Shown here: one piece after another, positions 13,198 through 25,592 of the stretch
How positions within the stretch are numbered: the stretch's first letter is position 1
Layout of the letters: each line of letters begins with the position of its first letter
From: Octopus bimaculoides
Lineage: Eukaryota
Reading direction: 5' to 3'
Assembly (NCBI RefSeq): GCF_001194135.2
Contig: NC_068990.1
Location: forward strand, 2,880,733 to 2,944,732
DNA length: 64,000 nt
The notes under the pieces: model-generated
Databases searched by the model: none
What the model was told of the DNA's origin: nothing
The model's input: only the letters and a program-made list of their open reading frames with translations
Made by a program: the position numbers and the translations under genes

Positions 13198-13452
13198 GCC
13201 CGGGATGCTGGCAGAATCATTTGCACCCCGGGTCAAATGCTTAACGGCATTTCGTCTGCCCTTACGTTCTTAGGTCAAATTCCGCCGCGGCCGATTTTGC
13301 CTTTAATCCTTTCGGCGTCGATAATCTAAGTACCAGTCAAGCACTGATTCTACTACAGCAACTGCTACTGTTGCTGCTGCTTCTACTACTAACACCACCA
13401 CCACCGCTACTACCACCACCACCACCACTACTAATTATATTACTACTACTAT

Positions 13453-13487
<35 letters not shown>

Positions 13488-13580
13488 CTGCTACTACTAC
13501 TGCAACAAATAGTACTATAGCTAGAGCGCTCTTATCACTTCCCGCAAAATTTCAGGCTTTGCGCCTTTAGTAGAAAAGGT
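13198..13580 (+). mobile_element. SINE family A interrupted by a trinucleotide tract
   Basis: Head and body at 13198-13346; tail (cccgcaaaatttcaggctttgcgcctttagtagaaaagg) at 13538-13580; about 190 bp of CTA/CCA-rich sequence between. Confidence 0.75.
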
Positions 13581-13582
13581 TT

Positions 13583-13584
<2 letters not shown>

Positions 13585-13613
<29 letters not shown>

Positions 13614-13649
13614 TATTGTTGTTGTCCTAATTATTATTATTATTATTAA

Positions 13650-13714
<65 letters not shown>

Positions 13715-13959
13715 GTAGTAGTAGTAGTAGTAGTAGTATTAGNNNNNNNNNNNNNNNNNNNNNNNNNNNNNNNNNNNNNNNNNNNNNNNNNNNNNNNNNN
13801 NNNNNNNNNNNNNNNNNNNNNNNNNNNNNNNNNNNNNNNNNNNNNNNNNNNNNNNNNNNNNNNNNNNNNNNNNNNNNNNNNNNNNNNNNNNNNNNNNNNN
13901 ATTATTATTATTATTATTATTATTATTGTTGTTGTCCTAATTATTATTATTATTATTAA

Positions 13960-14010
<51 letters not shown>

Positions 14011-14035
14011 CATTATTATTATTATTATTATATTC
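13585..14035. repeat. (TTA)n tract spanning a gap; 3' tail or target of the adjacent LINE
   Basis: Direct reading. The sequence at 13591 is repeated at 13901 across the N gap. Confidence 0.85.
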
Positions 14036-14570
14036 CTTCGTAACACAGTGTAGGTAAAAATGCACCGGAGTCTTTAGTCATTTGTCAAGTCACAACAAGG
14101 CCCTCAGACAGATAATACTTTCCTTAAGATGTGCGCTCTGCCAAATAAGACTGCTTTTTGTAAGATATCAATCTTGCATGGTATTTCCAGTTGCCTTTAA
14201 GAAGTCTTGAAGTTTCAATGGGATTGAACCCAACTCTCTGATCACCACTGGTATCACTTTTACAGTACCCTCTCGCATTCCATACAGACTTGCCATTTCC
14301 ATTTTCAATTCGGAGTACTTGGTGATCTTTTCAACCTCTTTACTCACAACATTCACGTCTTTTGGTGTGGTTACATCAATGATCTGACGGTATTTGTCTC
14401 TCTTATTCAATATGACAATATTTGGCCGACGGTGTTCGATTCCACGATCCGTCTGAAAATCATAGTCCCAGAGTGTCTTTACTTTTCCATCCTCCTGCAT
14501 AAATTTACTTGGCACATGCCCATCCCAGTTCTCTGTTACTTCATATTAGTATTTATGGCATAAGATCCAA
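14036..14570 (-). mobile_element. R4/Dong-clade non-LTR retrotransposon 3' end (RLE endonuclease + 3'UTR)
   Basis: ORF 14168-14515 LWDYDFQTDRGIEHRRPNIVILNK...IIDVTTP...KEVEKITKYSEL...VIPVVI matches the restriction-like endonuclease domain; continues ILQKAVLFGRAHILRKVL*, then the (TAA)n tail. Confidence 0.9.
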
Positions 14571-14985
14571 AGAAGATACACATACGTGGCGGCTTTCGTA
14601 TTCCTTTTTTGTGCATGGCTCTCACATTCTCTCAATGTCTCAAAAACTAGATTATTTAATGCGACGCTGCATTATTGGGGAGAGAGAGAGAGAGGGGAGG
14701 GACGAGGGAGAGAGGGAGAGAGAGATTTAGATATTGAGACAGAGAAACCTATCTGAAAGAGGTTTTCTCCTATGTAAAGCAGGTGGAGCAGATAGTAGAA
14801 ACGCTCTCGTCCTCTGTACGAGAGTATATTAGTTTGGTGCTTCTCTTCCCAGATGGAACCAAGGTTGTTACTGGTTCAAAAGCAAGGACATTGCGTTCGG
14901 CGCTATTTAAAAGGCCAAGGAAGTACGAGCAAATGGTATAAAAGAGCAAGACTTCAGTAGATTTGTATTGACAGAAGTTGTGCAG

Positions 14986-15053
<68 letters not shown>

Positions 15054-15902
15054 ATAATACTAATATCATAATAAGTGATAATACATTATGTCGTGTATAT
15101 TTTGTAATCCAACTTGATTGCGTGCAATTTTGGATGAAGATAGATTTGCATCATGAAACTAACACTATTCTTGTTCGATTTACAGTGCTCTCTCTGATTG
15201 AAGGTAATCATTAATATTGCTTTGCAGCACTTTTCTCAGTGGTGACACATATACACACATTAAACTTTCATTGACGTTGTCGTAGACACAGTTAAATGCT
15301 GGTTTCATGAAAGAGACTATCAAGATTTCCACTTGCGTACTTAAAACTCATTAACTATGATATCCATAACACATAAAATAGAGGATAATACAGTTCTGGA
15401 CACATTGATTGGTTCAATCATTTATAAGATGTTATAAGTAAGAAAATGCTTTAAGAGTTGTCAGAAAGAAGTTTGCTCCAAATAATCGATATTGTATACC
15501 ACAAGTATACAATACACATATTAGAATTTATTATTATTAATACATTACACGAAATGATTGGAAGTATCACTAGAAGATCGGGCAAAAAGATTTGCGGTAA
15601 TCAGTTATTCTATTTCAGTTCTGAGTTTATATCACATTGAGGTGCACTATGACGTTCCTCCTTCCGCAATTGGTGAAAAATGTGCCATTGTGCTACTAAA
15701 AAGAACGACTGCTTCATAAGACTAAATCGTTGTGCGCATTTCTTTTCAAATATCATTTTAAATTCTTAATGCGGTTGGAGCAAATCTTTCCTTAATAACG
15801 TTGCAGAGGATCGTTGATGGAATAATTATGCACAACATTGTTCTCTACACAGACGCGAGTATGGCTGTGTATATAGGCTCAGGCAGGGCAGTGTATATAG
15901 AC

Positions 15903-16260
15903 ACAGGTGTTATTGCATGGGTAAAAAGCTCACATTGTATCCGTCTATTTTCCGGTTCAGCTCCATTGTGCGGAACATTGGGAAAGTGTTTTCTACGCGC
16001 TTAATGTCTTGAGAGTAAATTTAGAAACCAAAAACTCTGTAGATGCCCGGCTTGTATGTGTGTTTTTGTGTCTTTATTTGCCTCTCTCCCTGTTGACAGT
16101 CGGTATTGCTTTATTTTCATCCCTGTAACAGACTGGTTCTGCAAAAGAGACTAATAGACTAAATACCAGATTTACAAACAAATAATTGGATCGATATGTT
16201 CGTTTAGAACCTTCAAGGCAGAGTCTTGTATGCTGTTTAATGACTGAAACATAAAAAAAG
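15903..16260 (+). mobile_element. SINE family B, near full-length, diverged
   Basis: Head homologous to 12485-12612, internal (TG) tract, tail homologous to 5158-5302. Confidence 0.65.
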
Positions 16261-19200
16261 TAATATGTTTTTGATGCCTTGGATATCTTATATCATCAGA
16301 TTTAACTGTGAATACAAGTGGAAATCTAGATAGGGTGTGCCTTAAACACCAGCACTTAGCTCTTCTTCATGTCAATCAAATTTCACTGTCGAAACCGCAT
16401 TGGCGTAAACAAGAGCAACAAGGCGCAGTGTTTGTTTAAAGCAGTGTGTTAGTTTGAAGACAAAGTGCTGTTAAGTTTTCAAAACTTTCACTAGTTTACA
16501 AATGCGGAGTTAGCTTTCTCAGCGGATGTAGCTTACAGTACACTATCAAATTTATTTGCAAAATGAATGCTACATAATGAAGATATATTAGGTCGCATGA
16601 CGACTCATATGTTTAACACGTTGAAAATGTAAAATAGATAGTAATCATGTAAAAATAAATGCATTAAAATATTCTTCGGATATTCCACGAATTATAGAAA
16701 CGTTGCAAGAATTCAATTGAGAAATGTAAAGAGAGATATAATTGTGTTAAAGATGTTAGACACTGATCACAGAAGGTAAATACAAGAAAACTATTATTTA
16801 TATACACATTAGTTTACATCGTGATCTTCATCGTTTTCATGTTTCTGTTATCAAACCTCTGCTATTGAATTAGGCTCTATTCAACTAAATGTAAAATGAG
16901 ACCAAAGACTCTTATAAAAGCAATCCAACTTTCTTCCAGTAAGACAGCTTCCTTTGATCATTACGCTTTTTTTTTCTTTGAATTATTATCTCTCATTCCT
17001 ATTAGCACGTCTCCTTGAATCGAAACCTTTCGTATGTGTCCAAATGATATCTCATATCTACTTCTCAGTAAACACGTATTTATCTAATCTATGAATCTCC
17101 TTTTATCTGATTTGTAAGACGAGTCTATAGGCATGATTCAACCCATTTGGTTATCTTTATCCCGATATTCAATTCATGTGCATGTACACAGATATTGCAT
17201 ATCAATACATATATACATACATGCAAACATACACACCGACATTCACACAAGTATATATCCGCTAATCTACATATGTTCACACACAACAAAGATTTGTGCG
17301 TGTGTATATATATATATATATATNNNNNNNNNNNNNNNNNNNNNNNNNNNNNNNNNNNNNNNNNNNNNNNNNNNNNNNNNNNNNNNNNNNNNNNNNNNNN
17401 NNNNNNNNNNNNNNNNNNNNNNNATATATATGTATATATATATATATATACCTATATATATATGCGTGATTCATTTTATATATAAGTATTCAAGAATGTA
17501 TGCAAGTGTGCGTTTCCATGTGTGCATGTACGCTATGTATGTTATTTATGTAAACACTTCTTAATACGTGAACATAATAAGAAAAAGAACCTGCCATTGC
17601 ATTAACTTCTACGAACTTAAAGATTTATACTTGTAGCTTTGTACCAAAGCTCACAAATGGGTCTGGTCGGTGTTGGTATAAACACATTGGCGTATTTAAT
17701 GGCATTCGCTTTCAAAATTGATATATTTAGCTTGACCTTCTTGTCAAGTGTCACTGAGTGTTGAAAATATCATAAATGAAAAATAGCATAAGAGTTACCG
17801 TCACTTTTATAAATGTTTCCGTACACTCTGCATGAAGTAGACTGAATGATGTCGCTATTTATTTTCATTCCAGCTGTCTTTCGTCTGTAAGAACGCCTCC
17901 CGATGACCATTTATCTTCTAAACGTTTATATAGTGTGAAGAATTAGGTCAAAATCTTCGTACATTAAATTCAATTATATGACGACACTATTACTGCTCCG
18001 TGTCACAGAAACTGTGGGTAGTAAACATTTTAGTATAAGAATACTTTCAACTGATTTTCTTTTCATGCAGTTATTAGTAAATATTATTTTCAATATGTTT
18101 CTCATTTTCTTTACCGAAAACTAAAACTGCCCTCACTATTAGATTACATCTAAACATGAGTTACAAAATGTCATACAAGGACATTAAATTATGTCGAAAT
18201 TCTCCAAAAACATTAGATATTCAAACTTTTCAATATTATTAGTTTCTGCTTGCAAATCAGAGGCAGACTTTATTATTAACGTTTCAAGAAGACAACCATT
18301 AGAGATGAGCAAATCCCATGATTTACAATAACGTGCGCGTTTGGGACTCACGTCTTTCTTTTCTCGCATACACAGAGGAAAACTGTTCCACTGTGTTTAT
18401 TTCTATATCTTTGGGTGCTATCCTTTGAAAGTTGTAATTCAAGTCTAACAATTTTGTGCTCTGATATTTTTTACGTTTATAAAAATAAAGAATTTTATTT
18501 AGTTTTCTATTTGTTTGGTCTACTATTTGATGTGAAACGCTATTTCGAACAGATTTTATTTTGTTTTTGGAGGGTCATACTGTATGAAATGTCTAAGAAA
18601 TAGGCTGTAATAATTATATATTTCAAAACTATTTTTAAGTTTCGTATTGCCAGAGATTGTGCAAATGTAATTATTCAGGTTGTATACTCTTTAAACATAC
18701 ATTTGCTTCTTTGGGATGAAGATATACATAAAATGAAGTTTGAAACAGTTTAATTTAATATGATTCTGCTTCAATTTTAGCTACGTTTTTACCAAACCGT
18801 GTCCTATATTAGCAAGTAATCGTTCATTAAAGATTTACTAAGCGTAATCAAATTACATCGATTTGATAACGTAAGTTGCACAAAAGAAAACACTTTTAAT
18901 GTATTGAAGTATACATTAAGAAAACTGAACATGAAAAATATCCAAGATTTACTTACACTTATACTTAGTAAACGATGTTATGAGATGTAAATTCGAAACT
19001 CTCGGATTCCATTTTGCATCTTATACTGCGAATCAAATTTTCTTTGGCCAATGTTTATATGAAATAGTGAATCTGCAGACAGTTGTAATCAATGTAAACC
19101 CTTATACTTGAGGAATTCATGAATTAATTGTTCTTTGACATAAAAAATTATTTTTCATTTATAGTCCTTTAGACAATAATCTTTCCTTTATTGCTGCGTT

Positions 19201-19340
19201 TTTGCAACATTTAAAAGTAGAACAATTGGTTAGTGACAGCTAATGGGGAAATGTTTATTGCCTATACTGTGAATGAGGTTGTATAACTAAAGTTTCTTAT
19301 GAATGTATTACGTTATACTCCGTCTACATGAGTTTGCTTC

Positions 19341-19566
19341 CAGTTCTATATTTAAGAGATAAGGAATTATGTACATTATTTACATTCAACGGATATTTGT
19401 CCTCATCTTGTTTGTTGTTAACACAACGTTTCGGCTGATATACGCTCAAGCCTTCATCAGGAGTCTTGGGGAAATTTCGAACGTGGGTTCTCATTCCTAA
19501 AGTATTTTTCGATGTTATTATTATTATTATTATTGTCAATATTATTATTATTATTATTACTATTAT
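19341..19566 (-). mobile_element. Short non-coding element carrying a hammerhead motif (family H1), headless copy
   Basis: High similarity to 39194-39410 and 39500-39620; begins in an (AAT)n tract. Confidence 0.85.
19420..19465 (-). ncRNA. Minimal type I hammerhead ribozyme motif
   Basis: Minus strand GACTC CTGATGA A GGCT-tgagcgtatatc-AGCC GAAA CG TT GTGTT. Core intact; one mismatch in stem I. Confidence 0.7.
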
Positions 19567-19724
19567 TTTTCTCCGTCACAATATATGAATGAGAAAGGAA
19601 GGGGTGATAAGCGAATATGGAAGAAAAAGGTTGAAAAAATAATCATCGTTTCAAATATGTATGAGTGTATGTGTGTCTGTGTGTTAAAGGGAGGTATGTG
19701 AATGTTTGTTTGTTTGGGTGTGTG

Positions 19725-19774
<50 letters not shown>

Positions 19775-20949
19775 ATGGAAATGGGATGGTGAACGTTCAC
19801 CGCTGAAAAGAGAAATCAAGCAGCGTTTCAACTCGGAGTATATGCGTGTATGCGTGTGCATGTACACGGGAAGTTTGTGAATGTTTGTATCTGTGATTAT
19901 TATCTACCTTTTTTTATATATAAAGTATTACAATTAGCCATCATTTCTGACGGCACAGGGTCAACCAGTTTCATAATAAATTAGATGTCTAATCTTTTTC
20001 TACAGAGTTGCTTAGCGAGGTAATATAAAATAGAGTTATTTTATTTTCGCTTATATACGCATTGAATCGCTTTCAGGGTATTTGAACTAATTATTCATGA
20101 GCAGGTTGTTACATTGTTTTTTAATACATGTCGTTCTTTCACTTCATTTGGAGGTCTGACTTTGGTATATTCAAAATAATTTGTTATTCCATTATCATCA
20201 CCATAACGTTTTAACATCAATTTCATGAGTTTATAAGCCCTTTGAATATAAATCGCTTGATAGGCAGAATCTATTTGGCAGTTTAACTGGAATATACAGA
20301 ATGGTTGAATGGAAAGTGACTTGCAAATAGCATATATAATGTATTTCGATCATTAGATAAACAATAAGGAATTCTGTATATCACTTTTCTTTCTAATCAC
20401 GTTAACTTAATATAAATATACTTAATATAAATATATAATGTAACATAAGTTTAATTAAATCAATGATCACAGAATAAATGCTTCCTTTTTTGTCTAAATT
20501 TAAAGAGCTACTACACACAACGCTATTTTTATTTTGAATATTGGAAGTAACAATGCAGATATATTAATCCCAGGTATATGATAAATAAGCTTTTGTATTT
20601 GCCATATATTTATAATTTCTAACATTACCACTCACATCATAAAATCGGTTTTACTATATATACTCGTATGGTAATATACTTAGCTGCTGTAGCTGTTGTT
20701 GGGGTTGTTTTTCATGTTGGTCCCGATAGAATGGATCTCCGTCGTTTTCTACGGTGTGTGTTCTGTTCACGATAAAAACACTTATAGCATCATATGCTAC
20801 ATAAGTGTGTAGATACACAGAAGTGTTTGGTATATATAAATATGTATGTAAGTATATATGTATGTATGTATGAGTGTATGTGTGTATGTACAGATTTGTA
20901 TGTTTCTTGATGCATGTATACTCATGCACATAGTTGCGTGTCTAGAGAT

Positions 20950-22590
20950 ACTCATATATACTTAAATGATAGAGGTCTGGAAGATTTTACAGATTTTTAC
21001 ATTACCAGTGATGGATTGGATCTGTAGTCTTCGAATTAGTTTTCTCGTATCTGGTTCCGCGAATCCTAATTTCTGAAGGTTGGTAATCAGGCAGTGTGTT
21101 ACATATCTCAGTGCCCCAATAATTACAGGTATAAACGTGAACTTGTAACCTGGATAGAGTAGTTGTAGATTCGTCAATAGTCCAGCATAGGTATTTTCTT
21201 TTTCGCTGATCTTTAGCGTTATGTTAACATCCACTAGGTAGCTAATTTCTACAACTGCACACAGTTTCTCTTCTCTATCCCAAATAACTATGTCAGGTAT
21301 TTTGTTTACATTTTACTGAAGTTTTCACGGGGACACCAGTACTCTTCTTTTTTTATTATGAATAGCTATGGCTTCTTTGTCCTCGTGTTTATTCTTCCAA
21401 CGGATCACATAAGGCAGTGTCGTAACTATAACATATTTCTTCGGTATATCATACCGTATTGACGTTTCCGGATAACTGCTTTATGATGTGGGTGATATTT
21501 TCGGTGTTAGCTCACTACACAAAGGCCGCATCGGCTACCATATTTTGCTGCTTTTCCTGCGTCTCTGTCCCTTTTGTGCATCAGGTATTTCGTCGATATT
21601 TCTTAATCCTGGATTGCAAACGCATACCTTCAAAAGTGAGAATTAGTCATCTGGTCACTGGTCCATGACAGACTGCTTTGGTGATCAATATTTCTATCAC
21701 CACGAGCTTTCTACTAACATATCCATGCATAGTCGTCTGCTAACATGCATAGTCGTCTGCTAACATACGCTCATACATTCATCTGATGATACATTGCAGT
21801 AGGATCGTGCGACTACTTTGAGCATGTGTTTAAGGTTATCAGACAAGAAATGCTGCTGAAGAGCTGCTTTCCAAATCTCATGATGTTACCATCCTCGTGT
21901 ATGCAAACTTGTTTAAGGGATGCATTTCGACACTAAATGGTTAAAAGATGTTGCCGAAGGGATGTGATACGACATTCAAAGGCAGTCGGGGTTGATGCTA
22001 AGCCTCTGCCCCCTTGTTTTCGTTTTACCTACAGGCGGTCTACGTCATTGTTGATATGAAAATTATGTATGTCCGTTAGTATATTCCGTGTTTTCACATC
22101 AATAGCTCGGATCTCATCAAGCGGCCAATCATCTATTCCAAATGTTGGTATGAACGCTGGCATTCGAAGGACATTGTGTGTCCCAGTTATATTGAACGCA
22201 GAGAGCTCCGTGGTCCATATTTTCCACATTCGGCTGTAATATTCTTTGGTGACATGTATCTTGTTTCAGGTACCACCTTAGGATATGTTTCCATTTATCT
22301 CAAGGCACTTGCAACATTCTTCGTTCAATACAAGGGAAACAGTTATATCCTTGATGGAGATACTGTTGGCCTGTTTTATGGTTTTCCCCTTTTCACAATC
22401 ATTTAGCCAAATTCATCCTGATCAAACACCAACCCTATATCATTTGAAAACATTATAACCAGGACGAGGCTCTTTTTCGGGTCATGCATATTCTTTCCAT
22501 ATACTTTGAAGTCATCCACAATTCATCCACAATGAGTAATTTTGGTATTTCTGATTCTTTGTGAATCAGTGAGATATCCTTCAGACATCC
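20950..22590 (-). mobile_element. R4/Dong/NeSL-like RLE-LINE, 5'-truncated and decayed
   Basis: Minus-strand translation shows the late RT region (IVDDFKVYGKN...FSNDIGLVF), thumb (ORF 22029-22229), CxxC..H knuckle (RCGLC...ENITHII) and RLE (KIPDIVIWDREEKLCAVVEIS; ORF 20962-21234 FIPVIIGAL). Many stops and frameshifts. Confidence 0.9.
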
Positions 22591-24944
22591 TATATATGTG
22601 TCTATCTATGTATGTATGGATGTATGTATGTATGTATGTATGTATGTGTGTATGTATAATGCATGTATGCGTGTATATATGTTTGTTTGTATGTATGCAT
22701 GCATGTATAATGCATGTATGCGTGTATATATGTTTGTATGTGTGAATGTATGNNNNNNNNNNTGAGATATCCTTCAGACATCCTATATATATGTCTATCT
22801 ATGTATGTATGGATGTATGTATGTATGTATGTATGGATGGATGTATGTGTGTATGTATAATGCATGTATGCGTGTATATATGTTTGTTTGTATGTATGCA
22901 TGTATGTATAATGCACGTATGCGTGTATATATGTTTGTATGTGTGAATGTATGTGTGTACGTATGTATGTATGTATGTATGATGCACTTTTAAATCAGTT
23001 TCGAGGTGGGAAATAATTTTGGTGTGCAATTAAAAAGGACCAAACGAGTATTTATTATAATTCAGTCAACTGACGATAATATTTCTTGAATAAGATTTTA
23101 ACATATTCATAAAAGCCTACATATTTGTGTGTGTGTGTGTGTGTGTGTGCGTGTGTGTGAGTGTGTGTGTATGTATGTGTTAGTGTGTGAGAGCTTGTGT
23201 GCGCGTGGGGGGGGGTGCGCACGCATGTGTATATGTGTGTGTGTGTGTATCCGACCAAATATTTCTGATTTGCGATCCAACGAATGTTTGCTGAATTTTT
23301 GATCACCGGTCCATTTGCTTAGTCATTATATTTTAGCTCATGATACATTTCAGTTAACTTGAAGCTTTGGACTGATCTTGACTATAGATTAGCTCCTCAA
23401 CATTTCCTGCGGGAGATATATCAATGAATATTAGCGTAAAGTTTTTTAGTTTAATAGGCTACAGAAATTAGATGAACATGCAATTGCAACAAATTTCATC
23501 AATTGATTGTTTAATGAATCTCGATCAACTGAATGTTTGATGAAATTCATTTAAATTGACCGTGTGATTTAATTCCATCAGTTGTCGCTTTGGTGAAAAT
23601 CAATCTTCCGTTTACTAATATTAGTGAACTGTTTTAACATGTTTGACTATAGATTTCATTCCGTAGATCTAGCCTCGAAATATTGCCTATAAATTCATCC
23701 TAAACAGTAGCGCACACTTTAGGAAGCACAAATTCGTTCAGTTTAGATTTCAAGGAACTTCAATCTAATAACCGTTTGAAAAACCTAATTATTTGTCCAT
23801 TTTCATATACTTCGATCAGCTAACTGTCCTCTCTAACATAACCTATATGTGTGCCTAGTTTTATCCTGAAAGTATAGCCCTATATTCTAATCTATAGCAT
23901 AGTTTATCAATTAAGTGCAAGCTATCGTTTATAGCTTTAACCTATAAACAGCCAACATATTATAGTCTATAGTTTAGCCTCTGATTTAATAGCCTTCGAT
24001 TTTAGCCTAGAGCAGTTCGGAGAAAATAAATCCACCGTCTGCTTCAGAAAAATAAGTCAAATGACTGCTGAATGAAAATCAACGAGCATTTCGTTTGCTG
24101 AAATTTAATCAATCGTCCGGTTACTGAAATTCGAACATGTTCCCGCTTGAGGATATTCAATCATTTGATAATTTAATAACCTTTCATCAATACTCTGTTT
24201 GAGGAAATTCTATGAAATGTCCACTTGAAGAAGTTTTATACTTTGTCCGTTTTGGGAAATTAACTAGGGCCCTAAAGCAAAACTGACATTATTGTATCTC
24301 ACACGAAATAAAGAAGGGAAATTAGGCGTAAGGTGACGAAATGATAGGAGTGTTGAATCGATGTGTATAAGACATAATTATTTTGATGAACATAGCAAAA
24401 CTCATTATAAAAACTGGTAGGGCCATTTAGTTGCACATTTTCGTTAATGTGTTTAAAATCTTTCAGTGTAATCGTTTCCATTAGTGCTGAGGTTACCTGA
24501 AACTGTAGAAGAGCTGAAAGAATGGCTGGTTTATAGTTACATCTGTTTACTTTCAGATTTCCAACCCTCTCAATGTCACATTTAAATACTAACCATCTCG
24601 GCTCAGAGAGGTAATATTCACACCTGACAGAATCATGTGTGAATATTAATTGTGCAAACTATCTCCATGACGTTCCTTCGTCAATATATGCGTATGTTCA
24701 AAATGTGTATATGATAAGACAACATTAATGTAATGGCATTTATTTACTAAAAACGCAACTAATTTGTGATCCCCAAAAGATTTCCTTACTGTTTCTAGCT
24801 AACGAAAATTACCATTGCTGACAACGATGCTATGCGAATATATCTGTTTCACTACCGTCACCATGCTATTACTTGTATTTCAAGCAATATGCATATATAT
24901 GTATGCATAGGTGTATATATACTTGTTTATACATACGCACACAC

Positions 24945-24992
<48 letters not shown>

Positions 24993-25372
24993 GCTAAATA
25001 TTTCGCTTCAGCTAGACGGATTCATCTGCAACATGCAATGCTTTGATCCCTATACTGATAATATTAATGAGGACACTTTGATTTTGAAACTGCAATGGGA
25101 TCACGACAGAAGTAACGTCCATAGAAATGACGCTGATCGTACGTTATTGATTTTAGTTATGATAAGGATAATATTCCTGCTTCCGAGCTTATTACGAGAC
25201 CCAACGTAGTTCTGTATCATTACAGATATTGCTACTTCCTAATATCTACAACTTCACTAACTACAAATAATAGGAGAATGGTTATTATCGAAACAATGAT
25301 AACTGACAGATCACTAGTGACAAAATGCATTTGAATAGCAAAACATGATGAAACATTATTTTCTCAAATTAC

Positions 25373-25418
<46 letters not shown>

Positions 25419-25419
25419 G

Positions 25420-25592
25420 CATATGTATGGATTATATATGTATTATATATATATATAATATATATATATATGTATGGATTATACATATATTATATATATA
25501 TATATATATAATATATATATATATGTATATGTATGGATTATACATATATTATATATATATATATAATATATATATATATGTATATGTATGGA
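25420..25592. repeat. AT-rich compound minisatellite (about 50-bp unit) running into a gap
   Basis: tgtatggattatacatatatt(at)n-aat(at)n unit seen about 4 times. Confidence 0.75.

Noticed and set aside
13591-13980. Repeated attattgttgttgtcctaattatt block around the 13743-13900 gap
   Set aside because: Same assembly-overlap pattern.
22563-22950. About 190-bp direct duplication either side of a 10-N gap
   Set aside because: Near-identical sequence flanking a gap is most simply an unmerged contig overlap or two haplotypes.
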